A DNA stretch of 64,000 nucleotides from Crocinitomicaceae bacterium (lineage in GTDB: Bacteria > Bacteroidota > Bacteroidia > Flavobacteriales_D > Crocinitomicaceae), in contig JAQWYK010000006.1 of the NCBI GenBank assembly GCA_029254025.1, positions 7,260 to 71,259 on the forward strand, read 5' to 3'. The notes under the pieces are model-generated. The model saw only the letters and a program-made list of their open reading frames with translations. It had not been told where the DNA came from and did not search any database. Every line of letters begins with the position of its first letter. The first letter of the stretch is position 1. The translations under genes and the position numbers were made by a program. Below, piece by piece: positions 1 through 9,956 of the stretch.

Positions 1-920
1 CAAATGCGTCTGTATCTGTTCCGGTTGCACGTGAAGCTGCTTGTCGCTGAAACGGAATTTTTGCTTTATCCGCTGCCGCTATGATATGCTTAAGCACATT
101 ATTCTGAACCGCTGGTCCGTAGGTGATTACTGGACCCGCTCCTCCTTTGGTGTCACCTTGCACTTTTTTATCAATCATAGGGGTTCCTGTGTCGTGACAA
201 ACATCAGTGATAATGGCAACATTTGGTTTAATGCGATGTGCAATCATTTCCGCCCCGCGCAACCCAATTTCCTCTTGAACAGCATTAACAATGTATAATC
301 CAAATGGAAGCGTTTTTTTATTCTCTTTCAGAAGTCGCGCAACTTCAGCAATCATAAATCCACCAATTCGATTATCGAGAGCACGAGCTACGTATTTATT
401 CTTGTTAAGAAGCATAAACTCATCATCAAATGTAACAACGCATCCTACGTGAATGCCAAGTTCTTCCACTTCTTTTTTCGAAGTGCATCCACAGTCCAAT
501 GTGATGTTCTTTAAACTAGGTGCTTCGTCTTTTTCTTGTCGTGTATGAATTGCGGGCCAACCAAATACTGCTTTTACAACACCACTGTCGGTATGGATAT
601 TTACACGCTTAGAAGGAGCAATCATATGGTCGGATCCACCATTTCTGCGTACATAAATAAATCCGTCATCCGTTATGTAATGCACAAACCATGAAATTTC
701 ATCGGCGTGTGCTTCAATGACTACTTTGTATTTGGCCGTTGGATTTATTACACCTACAACAGTACCGTAATTATCCGTAAAATACTCATCAATGTATGGT
801 TTAATATAGTCTAGCCAAATGCGTTGTCCTGATACTTCAAAACCAGTTGGTGAGGCGTTGTTGAGGTATTTTTCGAGAAATTTTTCGCTAGCCGTATTAA
901 TTATTTTTTTCTTTGCCATG
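1..920 (-). CDS. M42 family metallopeptidase (glutamyl aminopeptidase/FrvX-like); 3' end runs off the window start
   Basis: Reverse-strand ORF with ATG at 918-920 (MAKKKIINTASEKFLEKYLNNASPTGFEVSGQRIW...HADEISWFVHYITDDGFIYVRRNGG...DNRIGGFMIAEVARLL...). It has no in-window stop, so it is absent from the ORF track. The ORFs 41..298(+) and 897..1106(-) overlap it and are rejected. Confidence 0.7.
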
Positions 921-1055
921 ATGAATTAATTTAAGCGTTAAAGATAGAAATATCTTCCCCAAGGAAAACACTGAAGAATTATTTTTTCTAACAATTGCTA
1001 AATTGGAACATTGATTAAAATACTTATCTTCATCGCCTGATAGAAACACCGATAG

Positions 1056-4028
1056 TTGATGAAGAACTTTAATATCACCCAATTTTTGAAAAATAACTGG
1101 ATCCACTTTACTGCCATAGCGCTATTTTTCTTAGTTACGTTTATGTATTTTCGTCCACAGTTTGATGGATATATGCTAAAACAGCATGATATTGAACAGT
1201 TCCAAGGTATGGCAAAGGAAGTCAAAGATTTCCGTGAAAAGTACGGCGAAGAGCCGCTTTGGACAAATTCGATGTTTGGAGGTATGCCAACTTATCAAAT
1301 TTCAACCGAATATTCAGGGAATTGGATGACATCCTTTTATCGTTTTCTCCGATTAGGAATTGCCTCTCCTGCTGGAATGTTTTTTCTTTATTTGATCGGA
1401 TTCTATATTGCAGCTGCATGTTTTCGTATTAAGCCAGTCATTGGCTTGTTTGGATCTTTGGCGTTCGCATTTTCATCCTATAACATCATCATTTTACAAG
1501 CAGGTCACAATTCTAAGGCTGCTGCCATTGCATTAGCACTTCCCGTAATCGGTGCTTTTTACGTAGCCTTCCGAAGAAATATGAAGTGGGGGATTTTATT
1601 ATCCGCTTTATTCATGGGGATTGAAATGGCTGCCAATCATTTGCAAATCACGTATTACTTAGCCATCCTTTTACTCTTTATGGGGTTGGCTGAATTGGTA
1701 CGCGTATTTAAAACTAAGGAGTTTAAGCGCTTTTTTCTCACAGCTGTTGGAGTTGCATTGGCTTACGTTTTTGCAATAGGGTTGAATTATGGAAATATTA
1801 GCCTCACCAATGATTATGCGAAACATACCATTCGTGGGGGGAATGACTTGACCATTAACCCGGATGGTACTTCCAATGCAGGTAATGCTACAGCTGGACT
1901 TTCAAAGGATTACATTCTTCAATGGAGCAATGGAATCGATGAATCATTTACCTTGATTTCTCCCTATGTAAAGGGTGGTGCAAGTTCTACAGTGAAAGAT
2001 AGTCCTTTTGGTGATAAATTGAAGTCTGCCGATTACAGGAAAGATGCGTCATTAATTGCAGATAACAACTTGTATTGGGGTGATCAATTGTTTGTTTCGG
2101 GTCCGGTTTATCTAGGAATTATTCTCGTATTCTTGGCGTTTTTATCATTAGTTTATGCCAAAGGGCCGCTAAGATGGGGATTATTTGGAGCGGCAATATT
2201 GTGTTTGATGCTCGCTTGGGGAAAGAACTTCATGGGACTGACCGATTTCTTTCTAGAAGTAGTTCCTGGGTATAATAAGTTTCGGGCGGTGACCATTATT
2301 TTGTCGATTGTTGGCATAATAATTCCGTTGATGGCAGTATTGTTTGTTCAACAGTTGGTGAAGCACCGCGACGAGCTGGCTAAGAACTTGAAACCGCTGT
2401 TCATTAGTTCAGGAGTATTCTTTGCAGCACTGCTTTTTCTCACTTTCAATGGACTTGGAGATGGGTACATGAGTCAACAAGAGAATGAATTCATTGCAGG
2501 ATACGAAGAGAACGTTCGCGCTCAAATTATGGCAGAAGACCCTCAGGTATTGCTAAGTCAATATGGGATTGATGTGACGAATGAACAACAATTGCAAGAG
2601 GTAATTAATCGACAGTCTACTGATATCAATAAGCAGTTTGATGCGTTGACTGCATTTCGTGCAGATATCTATCGCGAAAGTATGCTGCGCTCGTTGTTGT
2701 ATGCATTGGTCGCTTTTGGATTGGTTTTTAGCTATTTAAAGTTCTCCATGCGCTATGAGCTGATGGTCGCAGGATTAACAGTTTTTGCGGTTATCGATTT
2801 GGTTTCAGTAGACTGGAATTATTTAAACACGGATAAGAAGGGAAGTAAGTATGCGTTTTGGATGGAAGAGGAGAAGTATCAATTTCCACATTTCCCGAAT
2901 CAAGCAGATTTATCCATTTTAGAAAATGAAGCGCGAAATAAGCCTGAGCTTCAAGAAGAATTGACTGAAATTGATGCATTAAAAACTGCAACAAGAGGTG
3001 GAGAAGGTGTTTCTACGAGCGAAAAGTGGGCGAAGAAATTTGGGGCTCTTAATTTTGCGTCCAATTACCGTGTGTATGAACCTCAAGGTTTAACGAGTAG
3101 CACGCGGGCTTCTTATTTCCATAAATCGATAGGAGGGTATCACGGGGCAAAACTCCGCCGAATTCAGAACTTGTTTGATTTTCATTTTGGGAATGGAAAC
3201 ATGGCCGTGTTGAATATGTTAAATGTGAAATACATACTGCAAGGCGATCAAGTGCAAAACAATCCAAGTGCGCTTGGCAATGCATGGTTCGTTAAGGAAG
3301 TCGATGTGCAGGAATCTGCAAATGAAGAAATTCAAGCATTGGGTACATTATTTCAAATGAAGAAATTGGCTCCAGAGTTGGATGTGAAAAAGGGGGGAGA
3401 GACTGTTTCAGAGACCGAAGTAACGATCAATGAGGCGAATAGTTTAACAATATCGGATGAACCATTGGATTTAACCAAAGTCATGAGAAGTGGTGTCAAT
3501 TCTAACTACGTACAAGATGTGAATGGTCGCCGCGATTGGATACCTACAAACGAATTAGCGAAAGATTCTCTCAATTCATTCAAGTCACTTTTATCGCTAT
3601 CTATACCCTCTCAATTCGATCCGCGGACCAAAGCCATTGCAGGGCAGGAGGTGGCTGAAGCGTTAGGAACGTTGACGTACTCCGGTGATGGAACGATTTC
3701 ATTGACTTCGTATAAGCCAAACGAGATGGTCTATAAAGTTTCCATACCTGAGGATAATCAATTGGCTGTATTTTCTGAAATCTATTATCCTGATGGTTGG
3801 GTAGCCGAGGTAAATGGAGAAGAATTGCCCATTCATAGAGTTAACTACTTGCTCCGAGGTATCCAATTGCCCGCTGGTAATTACGATCTCACTATGAAGT
3901 TTCAAGTCGCTAAGTTTAAGTCAATCAACACATGGACACGGATCGGTTCTATCTTCCTTGTTCTTCTTTTATTAGGTTTCTTTATAAAAGATTTCGTGTT
4001 GACTTCATCGCCTCAAAAGAATGATTAA
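1056..4028 (+). CDS. YfhO-family large polytopic membrane protein (GT-C-like glycosyltransferase candidate)
   Basis: 990-aa ORF with many TM segments. The N-terminal motif ...FQGMAKEVKDFREKYGEEPLWTNSMFGGMPTYQIS is typical of the Bacteroidota 'YfhO family protein'. Confidence 0.75.
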   Translation: MMKNFNITQFLKNNWIHFTAIALFFLVTFMYFRPQFDGYMLKQHDIEQFQGMAKEVKDFREKYGEEPLWTNSMFGGMPTYQISTEYSGNWMTSFYRFLRLGIASPAGMFFLYLIGFYIAAACFRIKPVIGLFGSLAFAFSSYNIIILQAGHNSKAAAIALALPVIGAFYVAFRRNMKWGILLSALFMGIEMAANHLQITYYLAILLLFMGLAELVRVFKTKEFKRFFLTAVGVALAYVFAIGLNYGNISLTNDYAKHTIRGGNDLTINPDGTSNAGNATAGLSKDYILQWSNGIDESFTLISPYVKGGASSTVKDSPFGDKLKSADYRKDASLIADNNLYWGDQLFVSGPVYLGIILVFLAFLSLVYAKGPLRWGLFGAAILCLMLAWGKNFMGLTDFFLEVVPGYNKFRAVTIILSIVGIIIPLMAVLFVQQLVKHRDELAKNLKPLFISSGVFFAALLFLTFNGLGDGYMSQQENEFIAGYEENVRAQIMAEDPQVLLSQYGIDVTNEQQLQEVINRQSTDINKQFDALTAFRADIYRESMLRSLLYALVAFGLVFSYLKFSMRYELMVAGLTVFAVIDLVSVDWNYLNTDKKGSKYAFWMEEEKYQFPHFPNQADLSILENEARNKPELQEELTEIDALKTATRGGEGVSTSEKWAKKFGALNFASNYRVYEPQGLTSSTRASYFHKSIGGYHGAKLRRIQNLFDFHFGNGNMAVLNMLNVKYILQGDQVQNNPSALGNAWFVKEVDVQESANEEIQALGTLFQMKKLAPELDVKKGGETVSETEVTINEANSLTISDEPLDLTKVMRSGVNSNYVQDVNGRRDWIPTNELAKDSLNSFKSLLSLSIPSQFDPRTKAIAGQEVAEALGTLTYSGDGTISLTSYKPNEMVYKVSIPEDNQLAVFSEIYYPDGWVAEVNGEELPIHRVNYLLRGIQLPAGNYDLTMKFQVAKFKSINTWTRIGSIFLVLLLLGFFIKDFVLTSSPQKND

Positions 4029-4749
4029 TATGACCGATGTAATTACTCAATTAAAAGAAGCACAAATTAATAGTAAGTTTCGTGCGTCTCGTGTGGTCAC
4101 GGACAAAAATTGGTTCAATTGGAAATATTGGCGATACAGAATTCTTCGTCCACTTATAAAAATGCGATATGCTGCATTTCGCAAGAAACATTATCCTTCT
4201 CCTTGGCTAACTCCTGCATCGATCTTGTTTTTTGATGCGTGGTTAACTCCAGAAAAGGTAGGAGCTGAGTTTGGAAGTGGAATTAGCACTCTTTTCTTTG
4301 CCAAACGTTCCAAACATGTTGTGAGCATTGAGCACTATCAGCCCTGGTATGATAAGGTAGTCGATTTATTCAAGGAAGAAGGACGTACTAATATAACGTA
4401 CAAATTTGTTCCTAAAGAAGCGTCAATGGATACTGTTATTAAAGATTCTTCGATCTTTGGAAAATACAATTTTTTTGAATTGGAAAAGACGATTCGTTGG
4501 GATTATCAGGCTTATTTTCAGGCGCTATCTAAATATGATGATGCATACTTCGACTATATTCTCGTTGATGGTCGCGCAAGGCCTGAGTGCTTGGTTCATG
4601 CCCTAGATAAACTGAAATCAAATGGATTGATGATCCTTGATAATTCGGAACGCGCACGTTATGATAGTGTTTTTCAACTTCTTGAAGAGTGGCCAAAGTT
4701 TACAACAAGTAATGGATTAACGAACACCACGTTTTGGATTAAGCCCTAA
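4021..4749 (+). CDS. putative class I SAM-dependent methyltransferase
   Basis: 242-aa ORF overlapping the yfhO stop by 8 nt. Gly-rich FGSGISTLFFA motif and ILVDGRARPEC...LMILDN acidic motif; fold assignment is tentative. Confidence 0.5.
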   Translation: MINMTDVITQLKEAQINSKFRASRVVTDKNWFNWKYWRYRILRPLIKMRYAAFRKKHYPSPWLTPASILFFDAWLTPEKVGAEFGSGISTLFFAKRSKHVVSIEHYQPWYDKVVDLFKEEGRTNITYKFVPKEASMDTVIKDSSIFGKYNFFELEKTIRWDYQAYFQALSKYDDAYFDYILVDGRARPECLVHALDKLKSNGLMILDNSERARYDSVFQLLEEWPKFTTSNGLTNTTFWIKP

Positions 4750-4760
4750 TTGATTGGAAA

Positions 4761-6278
4761 ATGGGAGTTATTAAGTCACAATCCATCTATTCAACTGTAT
4801 ACTCGTACATTGGAGTGGTGTTGGGATTTGTGACGTCTGCGTTACTTATGCCGAAAATGATGCCGACTGAACAAATTGGTTTTATTAAATTAATTGTAGC
4901 AGTTACAGGCGTCTTTTCGTCGATATTCTCCTTCGGAATTGGTCAATTGCTTTTTCGTTCGTTTCCTATTTACGAAGACGATCTCCATAAAAGACGAAGA
5001 TTACTTTATTTGGCGCTTAAAATTGCTTTTATTGGAAGTATTACGGCACTGCCCATCTTTTATTTTTCGGCAAACCAGCTTTTAAATTTTGATCAACCCA
5101 CATTGGGGGTAGCGAAAAATACGCAGTTATTGGTCCTAATCTTTTTTACAATCGTTGCGCGGCTCCTTTATGCATCACTTTTTGGGTATGTGCGAATGAT
5201 GAATAATGTAGTTGTTGATGCATTCATTCAAAACATTTTTCACAAAGGAGGGATTTTAGTTTTACTGCTATTGTTTTATGTTGATGTTATTGATTTTCAA
5301 TTATATCTGATTGTTTACTTAATCTTATACTTATTGTTCCCTGTGTTGATAGCTGGGCATTACGCGATGAAACAAGGTGCGTTATCATACAGTCAATTTA
5401 TTCCACGTAAACTGGGCAATGAAAGTAAGTTTACAGCTGCTGAAAATAAAGAGTTCTTTCGCTTGTTATTGTTTGGAATGCTCACTACAATTGGTGGGTC
5501 GTTGTACTTGTATTTAGATACACTAATGGTAAACTATTACCTGGGAGAATCTGAAGTAGGAATATATGGAACGATGTTTCTTTTTGGGGTTATAGTGATA
5601 ATCCCAGCGCGAAGTTTAAAAAGTATTTCGGTAAGTGTATTATCTAGGGCATTTAAGGAAGATGATCACCAAAAGATTTTAGAAATTTACCGCAAAAGCA
5701 GCATCACATTGCTCATCATTGGAGGCTATATTTTTATGGGGGTTTGGAGTAATATGTATTCCGTATTTGGTTATTTACCGAAAGAGTTTCAGTTAGGTTA
5801 CTATGTCGTTCTGTTCATTGGATTGGGGCAGTTATTTGACATGGCAACTGGGGTCAATAACGAGTTAATTGCCGCATCTCCGAAATACCGATTGAATACA
5901 TGGTTTATACTTGTCTCCATTATGGTTGGGGTTGTGATTAATGTCCTTTTAATACCTCGGTTCGGAATCGATGGTGCTGGCTTGGCTACATTATTAAGCA
6001 TTGTTTTTGTAAATGTTCTGCGTCTAGCAGCAGTGTATTTGATTTATAAGATTCAACCGTTTACACTGCAAACAGTGAAAATCATCTTTATTATTGCAGC
6101 AATAACTGTTTTGATGCATTTCCTACCAAATTTCGAAAACTACATGCTCAACCTTTTGTACAAGGGAACAATGATAACAGTGATATATATTCCTCTGGTT
6201 TATTATTTATCGCTGTCGCAAGATTTTAATGATTTGGTTCAAGGTGTCTTTCGTAAGGTTCTTGGGAAGAAAGATTAG
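4761..6278 (+). CDS. oligosaccharide/polysaccharide flippase (Wzx/MOP superfamily)
   Basis: 505-aa multi-TM ORF with the overall architecture of polysaccharide biosynthesis flippases. Confidence 0.65.
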   Translation: MGVIKSQSIYSTVYSYIGVVLGFVTSALLMPKMMPTEQIGFIKLIVAVTGVFSSIFSFGIGQLLFRSFPIYEDDLHKRRRLLYLALKIAFIGSITALPIFYFSANQLLNFDQPTLGVAKNTQLLVLIFFTIVARLLYASLFGYVRMMNNVVVDAFIQNIFHKGGILVLLLLFYVDVIDFQLYLIVYLILYLLFPVLIAGHYAMKQGALSYSQFIPRKLGNESKFTAAENKEFFRLLLFGMLTTIGGSLYLYLDTLMVNYYLGESEVGIYGTMFLFGVIVIIPARSLKSISVSVLSRAFKEDDHQKILEIYRKSSITLLIIGGYIFMGVWSNMYSVFGYLPKEFQLGYYVVLFIGLGQLFDMATGVNNELIAASPKYRLNTWFILVSIMVGVVINVLLIPRFGIDGAGLATLLSIVFVNVLRLAAVYLIYKIQPFTLQTVKIIFIIAAITVLMHFLPNFENYMLNLLYKGTMITVIYIPLVYYLSLSQDFNDLVQGVFRKVLGKKD

Positions 6279-7449
6279 CGTAAAAATTGATTAATTCTGC
6301 CGAAGTTGTCTCCCAATTATATTTCGTTCGTACGGCGAGGATTGCTTGTTCACTCATTCTTTGATAATTTTCCGGATGCTCATAGAGTTTAACTATGCAT
6401 TCGGCAAGGGCCTGAACATTATTTGCTGGATAAGAGTAGCCACAGTTAAACTGTTCAACGACTTCTTTTTGAGCGGTGGCGTCACTTACCACGATTGGCA
6501 AACCAAAAGAGAGGTATTGGAATATTTTATTGGCAAAGGTGGTATCGTGGTGTAGGTTGCGATGCAGCGGACTAAATCCAATTTTAGAGATCTTCAAATA
6601 GGATTGAAACGTTTCGAAATTTTGCCAGCCCGTTAGTTTAACATGGTCGTGAAGATTTAATTGCGCAATTTCTTGCCTTAGTATTTTGTCTTCTTGACTT
6701 TTTCCTACCATAATCAGCTTTACATTTGTAATTTTAGTGCGAACGATTGCTATGGCTTGAATAAGTTCAAGTGCCCCTCTTCTTAATCCTGTATCACCTA
6801 GGTAAAGAAGGTTGTACGTATCCTTATACCTGGTTATAATTTCCTCATGATAAGAAGGGGATTCATAAAACGCTTTTCTAATGGTATTTGGTACTACGAT
6901 GAATTTGTCGGGAGCACTTCTAGTTATTTCCATATAGTGGCGTTTAGCAGGCTCTGTAACCACCACTACACGATAGGCTTGTTCAATATATTTCTTCTCA
7001 AATGAGCGCCATTTTTCGGGTGAAATCAAGAACCTCCCACGTAGTGAGTTTACATGTGGGTAATACTTCATTATTTCTGGTCGATTTTCATGGAGATCGA
7101 GAATGATTTTATATTGATGATTTAGTTGAAAAACAGCACGTGCGGATTGAATATCGTGAACATGTAATATATCTACGTTTGCATCTGCTAAAAAAGATTT
7201 CAAGTGCTTACGCAAGAATTTGTGGTAAAATGGCAACGTGTAAGCAAGTGCGGATAATTTGTAATTTAATCGATTACAATAATACCGGTAAACATGAATT
7301 CCTTTATAAACCTGTTTTTCCTTAAAATCGGGACTATATGCTAAACAAAATAAATGAACTTCGTGTCCTGCTGAAATGAGTGAAATGGATTCATTCTCAA
7401 CCCTCGGGTCAGGAGGGAAGCTAGCGTCCAGAATCATTCCAATTTTCAT
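6226..7449 (-). CDS. glycosyltransferase family 4 (GT-B fold)
   Basis: 407-aa ORF MKIGMILDASFPPDPRVENESISLISAGHEVHLFCL..., typical GT4 N-terminus, with a C-terminal EX7E-like region. Convergent 53-nt overlap with the flippase. Confidence 0.75.
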   Translation of the reverse strand: MKIGMILDASFPPDPRVENESISLISAGHEVHLFCLAYSPDFKEKQVYKGIHVYRYYCNRLNYKLSALAYTLPFYHKFLRKHLKSFLADANVDILHVHDIQSARAVFQLNHQYKIILDLHENRPEIMKYYPHVNSLRGRFLISPEKWRSFEKKYIEQAYRVVVVTEPAKRHYMEITRSAPDKFIVVPNTIRKAFYESPSYHEEIITRYKDTYNLLYLGDTGLRRGALELIQAIAIVRTKITNVKLIMVGKSQEDKILRQEIAQLNLHDHVKLTGWQNFETFQSYLKISKIGFSPLHRNLHHDTTFANKIFQYLSFGLPIVVSDATAQKEVVEQFNCGYSYPANNVQALAECIVKLYEHPENYQRMSEQAILAVRTKYNWETTSAELINFYANLSSQEPYERHLEPNH

Positions 7450-7591
7450 TTGTTTTTTTTAGGTTTCGAAAATACAAAATCTATTTGGAAAACTCATGTG
7501 TAACAAAAGTTCCTACATTTTTAATCCACCCTTGCTGTTAGAACTTTGCGATTCACTACTTTTGTTTCCTAAATTTAATTTTTCAAAATAA

Positions 7592-8869
7592 ATGAGTGCA
7601 TTAGGAAATCACATTTTGGTCGAGTTTATGCGTTGTGATCCAAACATCATGAATGATGTTTCTGGAATCGAACGTGATATGGTTGAAGCGGCTCGCAAGG
7701 CCGGTGCAACGGTTATTAATTCTACTTTTCACCATTTTTCTCCCTATGGAGTGTCTGGCGTTGTAGTGATTGAAGAAAGTCATCTTGCCATTCATACCTG
7801 GCCAGAATATGGGTATGCTGCCGTTGATTTATTTACTTGCGGTGAGATGGATGCATGGATTTCATTTGATTACTTGAAAGATTGTTTTAAATCTGCTTCG
7901 TATTCTGCAATTGAAATGAAGCGTGGTTCGAAAAACCTCCTTACACGAAATGATTTTGATATTTCTACTATGCGTCAACGCGCAGACGAGTGGAAAAACC
8001 CAGATATGTATACACGTAATGTCTGGTTTACTGATAAGGACGAGAATCAAGCTCTTTCGCTTCGTTATACAGGAGAGGTATTTCACGATGTTCAAACGGA
8101 CTTCCAACGTGTGCGTATACTTGAATCTCCTAAATATGGAAAATTATTGACGTTGGACGATATGTTCATGACCACTGAAAAAGATGAATTTCATTACCAC
8201 GAGATGATCTCACATCCAGCGATGTTTGCGCATGGTGCAGTTAAGAAGGTATTAGTGATTGGCGGGGGTGACGGTGGCACTGTACGTGAAATTTTGCGTC
8301 ACGAAAGCGTTGAGGCGGTGACAATGGTTGAAATTGATGGAGAAGTAATCGAGGCGTGTAAAAAACATCTTCCTTCGATAGCTGCGGCATTTGATCATCC
8401 AAAATTGGAATTGATTGTAGGCGACGGAATTGATTATGTGAAAAATGCTGAAGAGGGAGCTTATGATTTGATTGTGGTGGATGGTTCTGATCCGGTAGGT
8501 CCAGCAGAAGGTCTGTTCTCGGTAGCTTTCTACAATAATTGTTATACGGCCTTGAAAAAAGGAGGAGTTTTGGTTGCTCAAGGTGAATCTCCTAAGTTTA
8601 ACGAAGGTGCTTTCGCTGATGTTCACAAGACTATCGCTGGTCTTTTCGGAGAAGAAAATGCAAAAGTGGCGTTATTTTATGTTCCAACTTATCCCACGGG
8701 AATGTGGAGTTTCCAGTTTGGATTGAAAGATGGCGTAGTAGACTTGCGTCAAATTGACACGGAGAGAGTAGAGCAGTTTGTTGATAATCAGGGGTTAAGA
8801 TATTACAATTCAGATATTCATACTGCGGCTCTTGCTTTGCCAGGTTTTGTAAAAGAACTACTAAAATAG
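7592..8869 (+). CDS. fused S-adenosylmethionine decarboxylase proenzyme (SpeH-type) / spermidine synthase
   Basis: The N-terminal ~125 aa carry the AdoMetDC hallmark ...[29 protein letters not shown], with the Glu-Ser self-cleavage (pyruvoyl) site. The C-terminal ~290 aa carry spermidine-synthase motifs ...[18 protein letters not shown]...[14 protein letters not shown]. Confidence 0.85.
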   Translation: MSALGNHILVEFMRCDPNIMNDVSGIERDMVEAARKAGATVINSTFHHFSPYGVSGVVVIEESHLAIHTWPEYGYAAVDLFTCGEMDAWISFDYLKDCFKSASYSAIEMKRGSKNLLTRNDFDISTMRQRADEWKNPDMYTRNVWFTDKDENQALSLRYTGEVFHDVQTDFQRVRILESPKYGKLLTLDDMFMTTEKDEFHYHEMISHPAMFAHGAVKKVLVIGGGDGGTVREILRHESVEAVTMVEIDGEVIEACKKHLPSIAAAFDHPKLELIVGDGIDYVKNAEEGAYDLIVVDGSDPVGPAEGLFSVAFYNNCYTALKKGGVLVAQGESPKFNEGAFADVHKTIAGLFGEENAKVALFYVPTYPTGMWSFQFGLKDGVVDLRQIDTERVEQFVDNQGLRYYNSDIHTAALALPGFVKELLK

Positions 8870-8874
8870 ATTGG

Positions 8875-9912
8875 ATGGGTGATTTTGATCCGAATGGTGT
8901 GGGTATTGCCAATGGTAATATTTTTGGTTTTCCAGTCCGAGAAGATGACGCCAATATAGTTATTATGCCGATTCCATGGGATGTTACGACCTCCTATGGA
9001 AAAGGAACTTCCAAAGGACCTCAACAGGTTTTAGAAGCATCTACGCAACTTGATTTCTTTCATCCCAACTGCCCCCGTGCATACGAGACAAAAGTGTGTA
9101 TGACACCAATTTCTGAGGAGGCTTTGAAAATCAATGATTTTTTCGTTCCGCAAACGAGCGAATATATAGCCTATCTAGAAGAAGGGGGAATTCTCGTTGA
9201 AAATGCGGTCTATCAGCAACTATTGTTTGATGTCAATCAGTCACAGTTGGCGATAAAAGATAGTATAAAAGAACGAGCAGTGGGAATGCTAGCTAAAGGC
9301 CAAATTCCTGCTGTTTTAGGTGGTGAGCATAGTGTCCCACTTGGTCTTATTGAGGGACTTGCTACAAAGTATTCTTTGTTTGGTATTTTACAATTAGATG
9401 CACACTCAGATTTAAGAGACGCGTATGAAGGTTTTGAGCAGTCGCATGCGAGCATTTTCTTTAATGCTTTAAAATTTCAACAAGTTTCAAAATTGGTCCA
9501 AGTTGGAATTCGAGATGTAGCTGAGTCAGAAGTGAACTTGATAGAAAATAGTGGAGGACGGATTCAAACGTTTTTTGACTGGGACATCAAGCAAGAACAA
9601 TTTATGGGGAGAAACTGGGCTGATCAAGTTGATGAAATTATTGCTGCATTGCCAGAATTCGTATATGTGTCATATGATATCGATGCATTGCGACCAGAAT
9701 TGTGTCCGAACACTGGAACACCTGTAGCCGGTGGTTTTCAATTAGAAGAGTTGAGCTATTTGCTTCTTCGTTTGGGAGAGTCGGCTAAAAAAATCATAGG
9801 CTTCGATTTAAGTGAGGTTTCCAATGGAACAGTGAACGATTGGGATGCAAATGTTGGTGCTCGCGCTTTATGGAGTTTAGTGATTGCAACAGAAATTAAC
9901 CGAAGAGGTTAA
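8875..9912 (+). CDS. arginase-family hydrolase, probably agmatinase
   Basis: 345 aa with arginase-fold metal-binding motifs GGEHSVPLG, DAHSDLRD, SYDIDALRP. Sits 5 nt after speD-speE. Confidence 0.75.
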   Translation: MGDFDPNGVGIANGNIFGFPVREDDANIVIMPIPWDVTTSYGKGTSKGPQQVLEASTQLDFFHPNCPRAYETKVCMTPISEEALKINDFFVPQTSEYIAYLEEGGILVENAVYQQLLFDVNQSQLAIKDSIKERAVGMLAKGQIPAVLGGEHSVPLGLIEGLATKYSLFGILQLDAHSDLRDAYEGFEQSHASIFFNALKFQQVSKLVQVGIRDVAESEVNLIENSGGRIQTFFDWDIKQEQFMGRNWADQVDEIIAALPEFVYVSYDIDALRPELCPNTGTPVAGGFQLEELSYLLLRLGESAKKIIGFDLSEVSNGTVNDWDANVGARALWSLVIATEINRRG

Positions 9913-9956
9913 TATTGCCGTTATTTTTTGCTATTTTCGTTTGTCCGAATTGAGCC

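Noticed and set aside
41-298. 85-aa plus-strand ORF at the window start
   Set aside because: It lies entirely antisense within the well-supported M42 peptidase gene (minus strand, 1-920). It is a reading-frame artefact.
897-1225. Minus-strand ORFs 897..1106 and 998..1225
   Set aside because: They overlap the M42 gene start and the 5' end of the 990-aa YfhO gene. Composition is low-complexity and no independent support exists.
7545-7564. TTTG ... TACTTTTG promoter-like motif upstream of speD-speE
   Set aside because: The -7-like element TACTTTTG (7557-7564) is plausible. The nearest TTTG is only 8 nt upstream, and a TTG at 7532-7534 gives 22-nt spacing. The call is too ambiguous to make.
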